This document shows, piece after piece, positions 8,245 through 16,871 of a DNA stretch of 62,634 nt. This stretch comes from Clostridia bacterium. GTDB taxonomy: Bacteria > Bacillota > Clostridia > Christensenellales > CAG-138. Below the pieces are notes generated by a model. The model was not told the origin of the DNA. It saw only the letters and a program-made list of their open reading frames with translations, and ran no database searches. The stretch is from positions 1-62,634 of the forward strand of contig JAUNBM010000005.1 in NCBI GenBank assembly GCA_030527115.1. Direction: 5' to 3'. Every line of letters begins with the position of its first letter. Position 1 is the first letter of the stretch. Position numbers and translations under genes: made by a program.

Positions 8245-9048
8245 ATGTCGGATGTTAAGAAAAAAACAACCATAAAGGATGTTGCCAATATGGCGGGGGT
8301 GTCCATCGCCACCGTTTCCTATGTCATAAACGGAAAGACCGAGCAGAAAATCCCCGAAGAAACCCGAAAAAAGGTGTTTCACGCCATAAACTTTTTGGGC
8401 TACTCTCCCAACCCCCATGCCGTAGCCATCAAAACCGAACACACGAAGGATATCATTCTTCGTTCTCAGGTCAGCTCCTCCCTGCTTCAGGATCTCGAGA
8501 ACATCAGCTTTTTACAGCGGTTCACGCCTTACTGCATCAAGGAGGGCTATTCCGTCGCACTCTCCGCCGATAAGCGACCGATGCGCGTTCCCGCTTCCGC
8601 CTGCGTCTGCCTCGCTATGGATGCAAAGGAGTTTCACACGCTCGCGCAGGAGAACTTCGTACCCTTGGTTGCCGTCGATACCCTTGTATACGACCCGGTC
8701 TTTTATCAGGTGACCTACGATTACGCCGCCATCCGCCTCATAGCGCAGGAGCGCTTCGGCTCAGACTTTACCTATGTCGCCGTCTACCCCGAGGATGCGG
8801 CGCTTCGGGAGGAAATCCTGTCCTGCATTCCGAACACCCTGTTTGTAAGGCAGTTCTCGGACTTTAAGGAGCTTCATGTTAAAAACGCCGTCGTGACCGA
8901 TCATTGCCCCGAAATGTTCCTTCATGCCGACAGCCTCTTGGTGCTTTCCGACCTGCAGGAGCGCAAGCTCGCCGCCGTCTTGGACTGCGTAAAGAGGGCC
9001 GTCACCCGCATAACGGTTGCAGATTCCGAACACTACATAAAGGTCTGA
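8245..9048 (+). CDS. LacI-family transcriptional regulator (short, 267 aa)
   Basis: N-terminal HTH TIKDVANMAGVSIATVSYVING. The start was trimmed to MSDVKKK. The effector domain is noticeably shorter than the usual roughly 330-aa family members. Confidence 0.8.
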   Translation: MSDVKKKTTIKDVANMAGVSIATVSYVINGKTEQKIPEETRKKVFHAINFLGYSPNPHAVAIKTEHTKDIILRSQVSSSLLQDLENISFLQRFTPYCIKEGYSVALSADKRPMRVPASACVCLAMDAKEFHTLAQENFVPLVAVDTLVYDPVFYQVTYDYAAIRLIAQERFGSDFTYVAVYPEDAALREEILSCIPNTLFVRQFSDFKELHVKNAVVTDHCPEMFLHADSLLVLSDLQERKLAAVLDCVKRAVTRITVADSEHYIKV

Positions 9049-9098
9049 GCAATCCCCACCGCAAGCGGTTTTGCGATGGAGATTGCCCCATCCTTTTG

Positions 9099-11225
9099 CT
9101 ATCCGGCAATCGTAATCGTAATAGTCCCCGCGGCAGGGTCAAAAACGATTAGATAAGTTCCCGCAGTAAGGCACTTGATGTTGTTGCCCGTAAGGTCGAA
9201 ATTCGCGTTTGCGCCTCCGTCGGCTACATTGCCTGCAAGGAACGCCGCGCCCCACTCGTCGCCGCTGTAACCCGGCTCAAAGTATTGTATCATAATTTCA
9301 TCGTTTACAGCCATGGTGAGGGTCAATTCAAACTTGCCGCCCACCGTTGCCATCATGCCGCTTGCGGGCTGATTGCCCCAGGACTCGATTGCGCTGCCTT
9401 TGACATAGGCGGTTCCTATATCCTCATTCTCATACACATAGAAATCCACCTTTTCGGTTGCAACGGTATAGACGATTCTGTATGTGCCTGCGGTAGAGCA
9501 GTTGTAATTGCTTCCGCTTTCGGGCAAAAACAGGGCGTTTGCATCGCCGTCGGTGCCCACGGAATCCGTGCCGAGCCATGTTCCATAGCCGCTTGTCGAG
9601 CCTTGGTCGTGCCTCTCCATGCCGAAATCAATCGTATCGGTAACTGTGATGATGTACTCGTAAGCAGTCCCATCCGCATTCATCGTGAAGGCGTATTCCG
9701 CCGCAAAGCCATGCTCCCAGTCGTTGATGCCGGCGCCCTTGATATAGATATCGTAAATATCGTTGGAATCGCCGTGTTCGATTATCGTTACAATCTTGGA
9801 GTAGTTGTTGATCGTAATATCGTAGCTACCCGCAGTCAACACCTTGATGTTGTTACCGTTGGCTTCAAAGGCGGAGTTTGCCGCAAGATAGGCGTAGGTG
9901 AGGTCAACGTAGTCGCTCCAACCGGGGTTCTCCGTGCCCGCGGCATAGCTTCTGATGATTATTTCATCGCCCGCCGCAAGCTCTACGTTTTCGAGCTTAT
10001 AGGTGGTCTCAGCGTCTGCCGCAAAGATATGCCCTTCAAGGTCGCTCTGATAGTCGCCCCAGGTGCCGCCGCCATAGGTGCCGTCAAGGTAGTAGTCCCT
10101 ATTTTCCAAAACAGCCGTGGCATCGACCGTGGCAGAGAGCACGGTGGTTTCGGCATCGTAGGCAAAGCTGTACAGACCGGAGGCGTTGGCTACCATGTTG
10201 GTTCCGGTTTCGCTGACCCGGCTTATAATCTCCTGGCTTGCGGCGTCCAGATTGGTGTAGTTGATGAACACCGAGCCCGCCGCAACCTCGGTTCCAGCGG
10301 TGACTTGGGAGGCGAACATGAATTCCTCGCCCTCGTTAAGGAAAATCGACAGGGTATGCGTACTGCCGCTTATCGCCATCTTGGTCGTGTCGTTTATCAT
10401 ATCCTGCCAGTTGGTGATTGCCGCACCCTTGATATAGAACTCGGTAAGCGATACTGTTTCGACAATGGGATCGCCGTTGCGCACCCAGCTTATCGTGTCA
10501 TAGGTGCTGAGGTTGTAAATCTCCTTGGTCGCCTCGGTATAGGTGGACGCGCTCGTGTTGTAATAGTCGTCCGCCGGGTGGGTCGTCAGCGTAAAGGTGT
10601 AGTTGCCCGACAGCTCCACCTTGATGTTTGCGCCCTTGGAAGAGTCGTCGTAGGGGCTGCCCTGCCCGCTGAACACCTCGGTGCCGTCCTCAAGCGTGAG
10701 GGCGGTCAGATAGCCGTAGCCGCGCTTGGCCTCCCAGCTGCTGTTGATTGCAAACTGGAACTCGTCGCCCGCAAGCAAGTCCATCGTAATCGTGTACTCG
10801 TTGAGGGTTTCGTCCTTTGTAAGCTTGTGGTCGTCGGTTATGTTGTTGCCCCAGTTACTGCTGATGAGCAGGGTGCTTGTGCCTGAGCCCACGACATAGT
10901 AATCGCGGGTGTCCACCTCAAACAGCGTAAAGCCCGCAAATATGCTCGTGTCGGCGGTTATCGCCTGGCTGAAATCGAACTTGTGATTCTTCGTGGGCGT
11001 GGAATACCAGTCCACAAACTCGTAGCCACCGTCCTTCGTGGGAACGTAGTCATCCGCCGTCGCTCCCGCCTCAACTTCGGCGGTTCTAAGAATGGTCTCG
11101 CCGTCATAGTAGGTTACCGTATAGGTATCCGCTTCCGGCTCCGTGTCCCCGCCGCCGCACGCCGCAAAGGCGAGCATCGACAGAGCAAGACATGCTACCA
11201 ACAGAAAAGCAGTAGTCTTTTTCAT
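9099..11225 (-). CDS. surface lipoprotein with one Listeria-Bacteroides (Flg_new-like) repeat and five CBM-like repeats; putative glucan-binding protein
   Basis: The start was trimmed to MKKTT, which has AGGAGG upstream. The lipobox is LAFAACGG. A YTVTYYDGE...GYEFVDWY repeat is followed by five roughly 115-125 aa modules sharing [FY]Y[IV]KG..I..W ... GDE[FI].[FI] ... GNNIK[VC]LTAG[ST]Y. Confidence 0.8.
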   Translation of the reverse strand: MKKTTAFLLVACLALSMLAFAACGGGDTEPEADTYTVTYYDGETILRTAEVEAGATADDYVPTKDGGYEFVDWYSTPTKNHKFDFSQAITADTSIFAGFTLFEVDTRDYYVVGSGTSTLLISSNWGNNITDDHKLTKDETLNEYTITMDLLAGDEFQFAINSSWEAKRGYGYLTALTLEDGTEVFSGQGSPYDDSSKGANIKVELSGNYTFTLTTHPADDYYNTSASTYTEATKEIYNLSTYDTISWVRNGDPIVETVSLTEFYIKGAAITNWQDMINDTTKMAISGSTHTLSIFLNEGEEFMFASQVTAGTEVAAGSVFINYTNLDAASQEIISRVSETGTNMVANASGLYSFAYDAETTVLSATVDATAVLENRDYYLDGTYGGGTWGDYQSDLEGHIFAADAETTYKLENVELAAGDEIIIRSYAAGTENPGWSDYVDLTYAYLAANSAFEANGNNIKVLTAGSYDITINNYSKIVTIIEHGDSNDIYDIYIKGAGINDWEHGFAAEYAFTMNADGTAYEYIITVTDTIDFGMERHDQGSTSGYGTWLGTDSVGTDGDANALFLPESGSNYNCSTAGTYRIVYTVATEKVDFYVYENEDIGTAYVKGSAIESWGNQPASGMMATVGGKFELTLTMAVNDEIMIQYFEPGYSGDEWGAAFLAGNVADGGANANFDLTGNNIKCLTAGTYLIVFDPAAGTITITIAG

Positions 11226-11324
11226 TTTGATTCCTCCTAATTTCATAATTTATTCTCTACAATGGTTGCTTTCCGCCCAAATCCGGACGGACGATTCTTC
11301 TTGCCAACACGGCTAAAATAGCCT

Positions 11325-11340
11325 ACTTAAATGTTTAAGT
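11325..11340. promoter_or_regulatory. 16-bp perfect palindrome ACTTAAATGTTTAAGT, candidate repressor operator
   Basis: Read directly. It lies 7-22 nt downstream of the -10 box of the lipoprotein promoter, overlapping the expected transcription start. Confidence 0.45.
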
Positions 11341-11346
11341 AACTTA

Positions 11347-11375
11347 ATTATAGAGGCTTAAAAAATGTTTGTCAA
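11347..11375 (-). promoter_or_regulatory. sigma-A type promoter of the lipoprotein gene
   Basis: The minus strand reads TTGACA (11375..11370), a 17-nt spacer, then TATAAT (11352..11347). Confidence 0.6.
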
Positions 11376-11489
11376 TACAAAACTTGAAAAAATTGAGAAA
11401 AATATTATAAATATGCACCGGCTCTTTTGCGGTTGGAGTTTTCCGAAAACCGAAGGCTGATAACGCGGCGTTTCACCCGCATCGTTCGA

Positions 11490-11523
11490 TTAAAAAAGAA
11501 CCGCCGAGGGCTTCGGACGGTTC
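11490..11523 (-). terminator. intrinsic terminator after the 4Fe-4S/TIGR04076 operon
   Basis: The minus strand reads GAACCG-t-CCGA-agccc-TCGG-CGGTTC followed by TTTTTT. It starts 22 nt after the stop at 11545. Confidence 0.7.
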
Positions 11524-11544
11524 TCCATAGGACGGTAATACCGG

Positions 11545-12249
11545 TTATGTTTTTAGGATGCGTCCGTCCGTTGAGATAGTCGCAACCTGCCACGGAATGA
11601 ACTTTCCGCTTCTTTGCAGGGCTGTTTTTGCGGCGTTTTCCAGCCCGCCGCAACATGGAACCTCCATGCGAACGATAGTCAGGCTCTTAATGTCGTTCTC
11701 GCGGATGATCTCCGTCAGTTTGTTTGAATAATCCACGCCGTCAAGCTTCGGACAGCCGATTAGCGTGATGTGATTCCTGATGAACTTCTCGTGAAATCCC
11801 GCGTAGGCATAGGCGGTGCAGTCCGCCGCAACCAGCAGGTTTGCGCCGCGAAAATAGGGCGCGTTTGCAGGTACGAGCTTGATTTGCACGGGCCATTGGG
11901 TAAGGCGGCTGTGCGGCTGAAAGATACTCTCGCGTCCGTTGCAACCGCTCTCCTTGCGCTCGATGACCTTGGACTGCGTGCCCGGGCAACCGCAGGGCAA
12001 GGCTTCATCCCGCTTGTCCATGTTAGCCTTGACCGCTGTCTCGTCATACGCCGCGGCCTCCCGCTCCACAAAGGATATTGCGCCTACCGGACAAGCCGGC
12101 AGACAGTCGCCCAGCCCGTCGCAATAATCATCCCGCAAGAGCTTCGCTTTTCCGCCGACCATTTTAATTGCGCCCTCGTGACAAGCCGCCGCGCAAGCTC
12201 CACAGCCGTTGCACCGCTCCTCGTCAATTTGAATAATCCTTCTTATCAT
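11545..12249 (-). CDS. 4Fe-4S dicluster domain protein with a Cys-containing C-terminal domain
   Basis: The N-terminus has CNGCGACAAACHEG and CDGLGDCLPACPVG ferredoxin motifs. The C-terminal domain carries GCPKLD and EVPCCGGL. Confidence 0.8.
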   Translation of the reverse strand: MIRRIIQIDEERCNGCGACAAACHEGAIKMVGGKAKLLRDDYCDGLGDCLPACPVGAISFVEREAAAYDETAVKANMDKRDEALPCGCPGTQSKVIERKESGCNGRESIFQPHSRLTQWPVQIKLVPANAPYFRGANLLVAADCTAYAYAGFHEKFIRNHITLIGCPKLDGVDYSNKLTEIIRENDIKSLTIVRMEVPCCGGLENAAKTALQRSGKFIPWQVATISTDGRILKT

Positions 12250-12518
12250 TTATTCTCTCCTTTCACAGCCTCTATTTTGAAAACATTGATAACGTCGCTG
12301 TCGGGACAGCAGAACCGGATATCGCCGCATTTCGCAACCGGTGGCTTGCCTCCGTACCTCAGAATATCTATATAGGGAAAGGCAACGTGCATTGCCATCG
12401 GGCACAGCTTCCCCCTCTCCGAATCGAAATCGAACGTGTCTCCGACCTTATGTCCCCGATGGCAGGGATGCTCCCCTTTTCGCTCCATAAGGGTAAGTAC
12501 GATTTTTGCTCTATCCAT
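12246..12518 (-). CDS. small Cys/His-rich protein resembling the TIGR04076 family
   Basis: 90 aa with HPCHRGHKVGD, KLCPMAMH and IRFCCPDSDVINVFKIE, resembling the TIGR04076 pattern from memory. It overlaps the downstream gene by 4 nt. Confidence 0.6.
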   Translation of the reverse strand: MDRAKIVLTLMERKGEHPCHRGHKVGDTFDFDSERGKLCPMAMHVAFPYIDILRYGGKPPVAKCGDIRFCCPDSDVINVFKIEAVKGENK

Positions 12519-12533
12519 CTCCCGTCCTCCTTC

Positions 12534-12562
12534 TTGACTTTATGCGCTCATAATAGTATAAT
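12534..12562 (+). promoter_or_regulatory. sigma-A type promoter of the Crp/Fnr gene
   Basis: TTGACT (12534..12539), a 17-nt spacer, then TATAAT (12557..12562). Confidence 0.55.
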
Positions 12563-12576
12563 GAATCCATCAAGTA

Positions 12577-12592
12577 TGTTGTTTTAACAACA
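12577..12592. promoter_or_regulatory. 7-2-7 inverted repeat TGTTGTTttAACAACA in the divergent control region
   Basis: Read directly. It lies between the Crp/Fnr promoter and its RBS and also faces the divergent Fe-S operon. It does not match the classical FNR or CRP box spacing. Confidence 0.3.
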
Positions 12593-12606
12593 AACGAGGA
12601 GAAAAA

Positions 12607-13278
12607 ATGAATTATTCCTTTCTGTCAAATACAATGCTGTTTCGCGGCGCAAGCGCGGATGAGATCGTGTCAATGCTACACTGCCTCGGAGCATATGAAA
12701 GACCGTTTCAAAAGGGCGAACAGGTTTTGCGCGCGGGCGACTGCGTGGAGAGCATGGGGCTGGTTTTAACGGGAAGCGTGAATATTGAGATCGACGATCT
12801 TTGGGGGAATAAGACGATACTGGGTCGCGCCGAAAGCGGCCAGCTCTTTGCGGAAACCTATGCCTGCATTCCCGGTGAGCCGCTGATGGTGAGCGTCGTT
12901 GCCGCCGAAAAAAGCCTGATCCTCTTTATGAAGGTTTCAAAGCTGATTACCACCTGCCAAAGCTCCTGTGCGCACCATAATCGCCTGATACAAAACCTGC
13001 TTCAGATATCGGCGCAAAAGAATCTCTCGCTCTCGCGACGCAGTCTGCACACGTCGCAAAAAACCATTCGAGGCAGACTGCTGTCCTATCTCTCCGAACA
13101 GGCTAAGCAAGCCGGAAGTTACAGCTTCACAGTCCCCTTCAACCGTCAACAGCTTGCGGATTACCTGGGCGTAGACCGAAGCGCTCTGTCGAACGAATTG
13201 AGCAAGATGCAACGCGACGGTATCTTAACCTGCAATAAAAGCAACTTTACGCTGAAAAACTCGGCTGACAATCCGTAG
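12607..13278 (+). CDS. Crp/Fnr-family transcriptional regulator
   Basis: N-terminal cNMP-binding-like domain (LFRGAS...GDCVESMGLVLTGSV) and C-terminal HTH (RQQLADYLGVDRSALSNELSKMQRDGIL). Confidence 0.88.
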   Translation: MNYSFLSNTMLFRGASADEIVSMLHCLGAYERPFQKGEQVLRAGDCVESMGLVLTGSVNIEIDDLWGNKTILGRAESGQLFAETYACIPGEPLMVSVVAAEKSLILFMKVSKLITTCQSSCAHHNRLIQNLLQISAQKNLSLSRRSLHTSQKTIRGRLLSYLSEQAKQAGSYSFTVPFNRQQLADYLGVDRSALSNELSKMQRDGILTCNKSNFTLKNSADNP

Positions 13279-13342
13279 TTTTAAGTAAAATCACCCGCTA
13301 AATTTTAGGACAAGCTACGCCACGATTTTTCCTTGGGAGCAA

Positions 13343-13366
13343 AAAACGGGGCATTTTGCCGTTTTT
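13343..13366 (+). terminator. possible weak terminator after the Crp/Fnr gene
   Basis: AAAACGGGGCA-ttt-TGCCGTTTTT forms a bulged A/T-rich stem that ends in T residues. Confidence 0.3.
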
Positions 13367-13530
13367 GAGATGAAACTGCTTGCTATGCGGCGATTCCACC
13401 GAGGGTTTGTTTAATTCTGCTCTAAATATGAGCTTAATACTTGAAAAACTAAATAAGATGCACTAAAATAAGAGCGAACGAATCTATAATTATGTCAGAA
13501 TGAATTTTCGACGTGTTTGGAGGATGCGCT

Positions 13531-13986
13531 ATGGATGAAATCGACGTCAAGCTGTTGCACTTGCTTTCCGAAGATGCCGGCCGTACTTCTACGGAGCTTG
13601 TTCCCGACCTCAATCTTTCAATCCCCGCCATCAACAAGCGGATTGCAAGGATGAAAGCTTCGGGGCAGATAAGCAGAGTTACTATCCTGACCGAGCCCAA
13701 TCTTGTCGGCAAGCCCCTGATCGCCTATGTCATGCTCGTTTTAAGGCGCTTTTCGCAAAAGAAGGAGCTTCTTGATTATGTCGAAAGCGATATCGACGTA
13801 CTGGAGTGCTATGCGATAACGGGCGAATACGACTTTATTCTCAAAATCTGCGCAAGGGATATAGACGCTTTGGAATCGAAGCTCTTATACTTGAAGAACT
13901 CCTGCGGAGTTTCCAAGAGCAACACCCTTTTAACGCTGATGCGTCACAAATTTACCCCTTCCCCGTTGCCCGACAAAAAAGCTTGA
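13531..13986 (+). CDS. Lrp/AsnC-family transcriptional regulator
   Basis: The start was trimmed to MDEIDVKLLHLLSEDAGRTSTEL, with GGAGG 7 nt upstream. It has an HTH plus an RAM/AsnC_trans-type C-terminal domain. Confidence 0.88.
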   Translation: MDEIDVKLLHLLSEDAGRTSTELVPDLNLSIPAINKRIARMKASGQISRVTILTEPNLVGKPLIAYVMLVLRRFSQKKELLDYVESDIDVLECYAITGEYDFILKICARDIDALESKLLYLKNSCGVSKSNTLLTLMRHKFTPSPLPDKKA

Positions 13987-14004
13987 TACCAAAAAGGAGC
14001 AATC

Positions 14005-15165
14005 ATGAAAGAACTGTCCCGTACCGCAAAAAACGTTAGTCCCTCGCCCATCCGCGAAATGTTCAACCGCGCCCTCGCAATGGAGGACGTTATAAGCTTT
14101 ACGGTGGGCGAACCGGACTTCTTTACGCCGAGCCATATCGTTGAAGCCGCCTCCGCCGCGCTCGCCCGCGGCGAACACCACTATACGCCCAACGCGGGAA
14201 TCCTTGAGCTTCGGAAAGCGATTTCACGGGTTACAGAGGCGAGCCACGGGCTTTACTATGACCCGGCAAGCCAGATTATCGTTACCGCCGGCGGGATGGA
14301 AGCGCTTTTGCTGGCGATGCTCACGATCCTCGACCCGGGCGACGAGCTGATTTTGAGCGATCCCTGCTGGACGAATTATTCGCGGCAGGCGATAATTTGC
14401 GGCGCGATTCCACGCTTCGTTCCGGTGAGCGCCAATAACGGCTTTCAGTTTGACCCGGTTTCGCTCGAAGCCGCCATCACCGAAAAAACCAAGGCGTTAA
14501 TCGTCAACTCACCCTCCAACCCAACGGGAGGCATAGCCTCCGCCCCCGTCCTTTTGGCCATCGCGGACATTGCTAAGCGGCATGATCTTTATGTAATAAG
14601 CGATGAGGTCTATTCCTCCCTGCTCTATGATGACAACCGCGCCTTAAGCATAGCCGCCCTGCCGGATATGGCTGAACGCACCATCGTTATCAACAGCTTT
14701 TCCAAGACCTACGCCATGACGGGCTGGCGCGTGGGTTACGCCTTAGGCAATCCCGCCATCATCGGCAACATGGTGAAGCTCCAGGAGAATGTTGCCGCCT
14801 GCGTGAACTCCGCCGCCCAATACGGCGCGCTTGCCGCCCTCGAAGGGCCACAGGAGCCCCTGCACGAGATGCAAAAAGCCTACGCAAGCCGCCGCGCCCT
14901 CATCGTCGACGGATTTTCAAAGATTCCCGGCCTGACCTGTTTTGCACCTCAAGGCGCGTTCTATGCCTTCGTCGATATATCGGAGACCAAGATGTCGGCG
15001 CGGGAGTTTGCGCTCGACCTGCTTGAAAAGGCAAGGGTGATAGTCGTGCCCGGCGACGCTTTCGGAGAGGTGAGCAACCGCTATGTGCGCCTGTCCTTCG
15101 CAACCTCGGAGGAAACGATAAAAGAGGGGCTTGCGCGCATTCGCAATTATATGGAAAACCGTTAG
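14005..15165 (+). CDS. class I/II PLP-dependent aminotransferase (aspartate aminotransferase-like)
   Basis: Motifs SPSNPTG and SFSKTYAMTGWRVGY (PLP lysine), with RLSFATS near the C-terminus. Confidence 0.9.
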   Translation: MKELSRTAKNVSPSPIREMFNRALAMEDVISFTVGEPDFFTPSHIVEAASAALARGEHHYTPNAGILELRKAISRVTEASHGLYYDPASQIIVTAGGMEALLLAMLTILDPGDELILSDPCWTNYSRQAIICGAIPRFVPVSANNGFQFDPVSLEAAITEKTKALIVNSPSNPTGGIASAPVLLAIADIAKRHDLYVISDEVYSSLLYDDNRALSIAALPDMAERTIVINSFSKTYAMTGWRVGYALGNPAIIGNMVKLQENVAACVNSAAQYGALAALEGPQEPLHEMQKAYASRRALIVDGFSKIPGLTCFAPQGAFYAFVDISETKMSAREFALDLLEKARVIVVPGDAFGEVSNRYVRLSFATSEETIKEGLARIRNYMENR

Positions 15166-15186
15166 AACGCGGTTATTGGAGGAAGT

Positions 15187-15846
15187 ATGGATATTCTCAA
15201 AAAACTTGGCGACTGCGGCGTCATTCCCGTTGTCGTAATTGAAAACCCGGATATGGCGGTCGAAACCGCGCGCGCCCTCTATGCGGGAGGCATTGATGTT
15301 ATCGAGATTACGCTCCGCACCCCTACAGCCCTCGATTCGATAAGAGCGATATCCCGCGCCATGCCCTGTATGCTTACCGGAGCGGGAACGGCGCTGAACT
15401 GCGAACAGACGCAGGCGGCGCTCGATGCGGGCGCAAAGTTTATCGTATCGCCCGGCTTGGATAGAGAACAGGCGCTGTTTTGCGCCAAAAACGGCGTTCC
15501 TCTCGTTCCGGGTTGCGTTACACCCGGCGAGATTATGGCGGCAAGGAGTTTGGGGCTTGATATCTTGAAGTTCTTTCCCGCCTCCGTCTACGGGGGGCTG
15601 TCCGCCATCAAAGCGCTTTCTGCCCCGTTTTCGGGGATAAAGTTTATTCCCACCGGCGGCGTTTCTATTTCAAACCTCATCGACTACGCTCGTTCCCCCG
15701 CAGTTTTTGCTGTCGGCGGAAGCTGGCTCTGCACCGCAGACGATATCAAAAACGCCTGCTTCGACAAAATCACCGAGCTTTCAAAGGACGCTGTTAAAGT
15801 TTGGCACAGCGTTGATATAAGAAACAACGGAGGTATGCAGTCATGA
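15187..15846 (+). CDS. eda: KDPG / 4-hydroxy-2-oxoglutarate aldolase
   Basis: Motifs [21 protein letters not shown] (Schiff-base Lys context) and IPTGGV. Confidence 0.9.
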   Translation: MDILKKLGDCGVIPVVVIENPDMAVETARALYAGGIDVIEITLRTPTALDSIRAISRAMPCMLTGAGTALNCEQTQAALDAGAKFIVSPGLDREQALFCAKNGVPLVPGCVTPGEIMAARSLGLDILKFFPASVYGGLSAIKALSAPFSGIKFIPTGGVSISNLIDYARSPAVFAVGGSWLCTADDIKNACFDKITELSKDAVKVWHSVDIRNNGGMQS

Positions 15847-16868
15847 CAGTTTTAACCCTCGGAGAAATTATGCTTAGGCTCAAGCCGCCCGCGACGAACC
15901 GCTTCTTTCAAACTCCTTATTTTGAAGCCACCTTCGGAGGCGGCGAAGCCAATGTTGCCGTCTCGCTTGCCAACTACGGCATGAGAGCTGAGTTTTGCAC
16001 GGTGTTGCCCGACAATGCGATAGGCGACGAATGCCTCCGCGAACTCAAGCGGTTTAACGTTTGCACGGACAAGATTATGCGCGGCGAGGGACGCATGGGA
16101 GTTTACTACTTGGAGCAGGGCGCAAATCAGCTTCCGAGCAAGGTCATCTACGACCGCGAATACTCAGCTATCTCGCTTGCCAAGCCCGAAGCCTTCGACT
16201 GGGATTCAATCTTCAAGGGCGTGGACTGGTTTCACATAACGGGCATCACCCCCGCAATATCGCCGTCCGCCATGATGGTTTCGCTCGCTTCGGTTGCCGA
16301 GGCGAAAAAGCGCGATATCACCGTGTCCTGCGACCTGAACTATCGCAAGAACCTGTGGCGCTATGGCGTGGACGCTCCGAAGGTGATGCGGGATCTCGCC
16401 CTGTTTATCGACGTTGCTATTGCAAACGAGGAGGACTGTCAGAAATCCCTCGGCATTCATGCCGATGTGAATGTAAAAAGCGGTAAGCTGGATGCCGAGA
16501 AGTATCGCGAACTCTCGCAAAGCGTCCTCGCGGAGTTCCCAAACATGAAAAGCGTTGCAATCACCCTTCGCGGGAGCCGGTCTGCCGATATCAACTCATG
16601 GCAGGCGTGTTTGAATGACGGCAAGAACTTTTATCTCAGCCGCAGCTATGAGATAAACGATATAGTCGATCGCGTCGGGGGCGGCGACAGCTTTGCGGGC
16701 GGGCTGATCTATGGGTTGAACGCATATGACGATGCGCAGTCAGCCTTGGAATTTGCGGTCGCGGCGTCCTGCTTAAAGCATTCCATAGGCGGCGATTTTA
16801 ACCGCGTATCAGTAGCCGACGTTGAAAAGCTCATGCGGGGCGACGGAAGCGGCAGGGTTCAGCGTTAA
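15843..16868 (+). CDS. kdgK: 2-dehydro-3-deoxygluconokinase (PfkB family)
   Basis: N-terminus [10 protein letters not shown]..., [13 protein letters not shown], and the C-terminal motif [13 protein letters not shown]. It overlaps eda by 4 nt. Confidence 0.85.
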   Translation: MTVLTLGEIMLRLKPPATNRFFQTPYFEATFGGGEANVAVSLANYGMRAEFCTVLPDNAIGDECLRELKRFNVCTDKIMRGEGRMGVYYLEQGANQLPSKVIYDREYSAISLAKPEAFDWDSIFKGVDWFHITGITPAISPSAMMVSLASVAEAKKRDITVSCDLNYRKNLWRYGVDAPKVMRDLALFIDVAIANEEDCQKSLGIHADVNVKSGKLDAEKYRELSQSVLAEFPNMKSVAITLRGSRSADINSWQACLNDGKNFYLSRSYEINDIVDRVGGGDSFAGGLIYGLNAYDDAQSALEFAVAASCLKHSIGGDFNRVSVADVEKLMRGDGSGRVQR

Positions 16869-16871
16869 GCC

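Noticed and set aside
8213-8251. Imperfect inverted repeat CCGACAT(gatatat)AGTA...TACTATGTCGG spanning the LacI start codon
   Set aside because: The arms are interrupted by a 7-nt insertion. It could be a chance feature of the AT-rich divergent region, and there is no second copy to support an operator.
9285-10886. 533-aa plus-strand ORF
   Set aside because: It is antisense to the repeat lipoprotein gene. The translation is Gly/Val/Ala/Arg-rich without motifs, so it is a shadow ORF.
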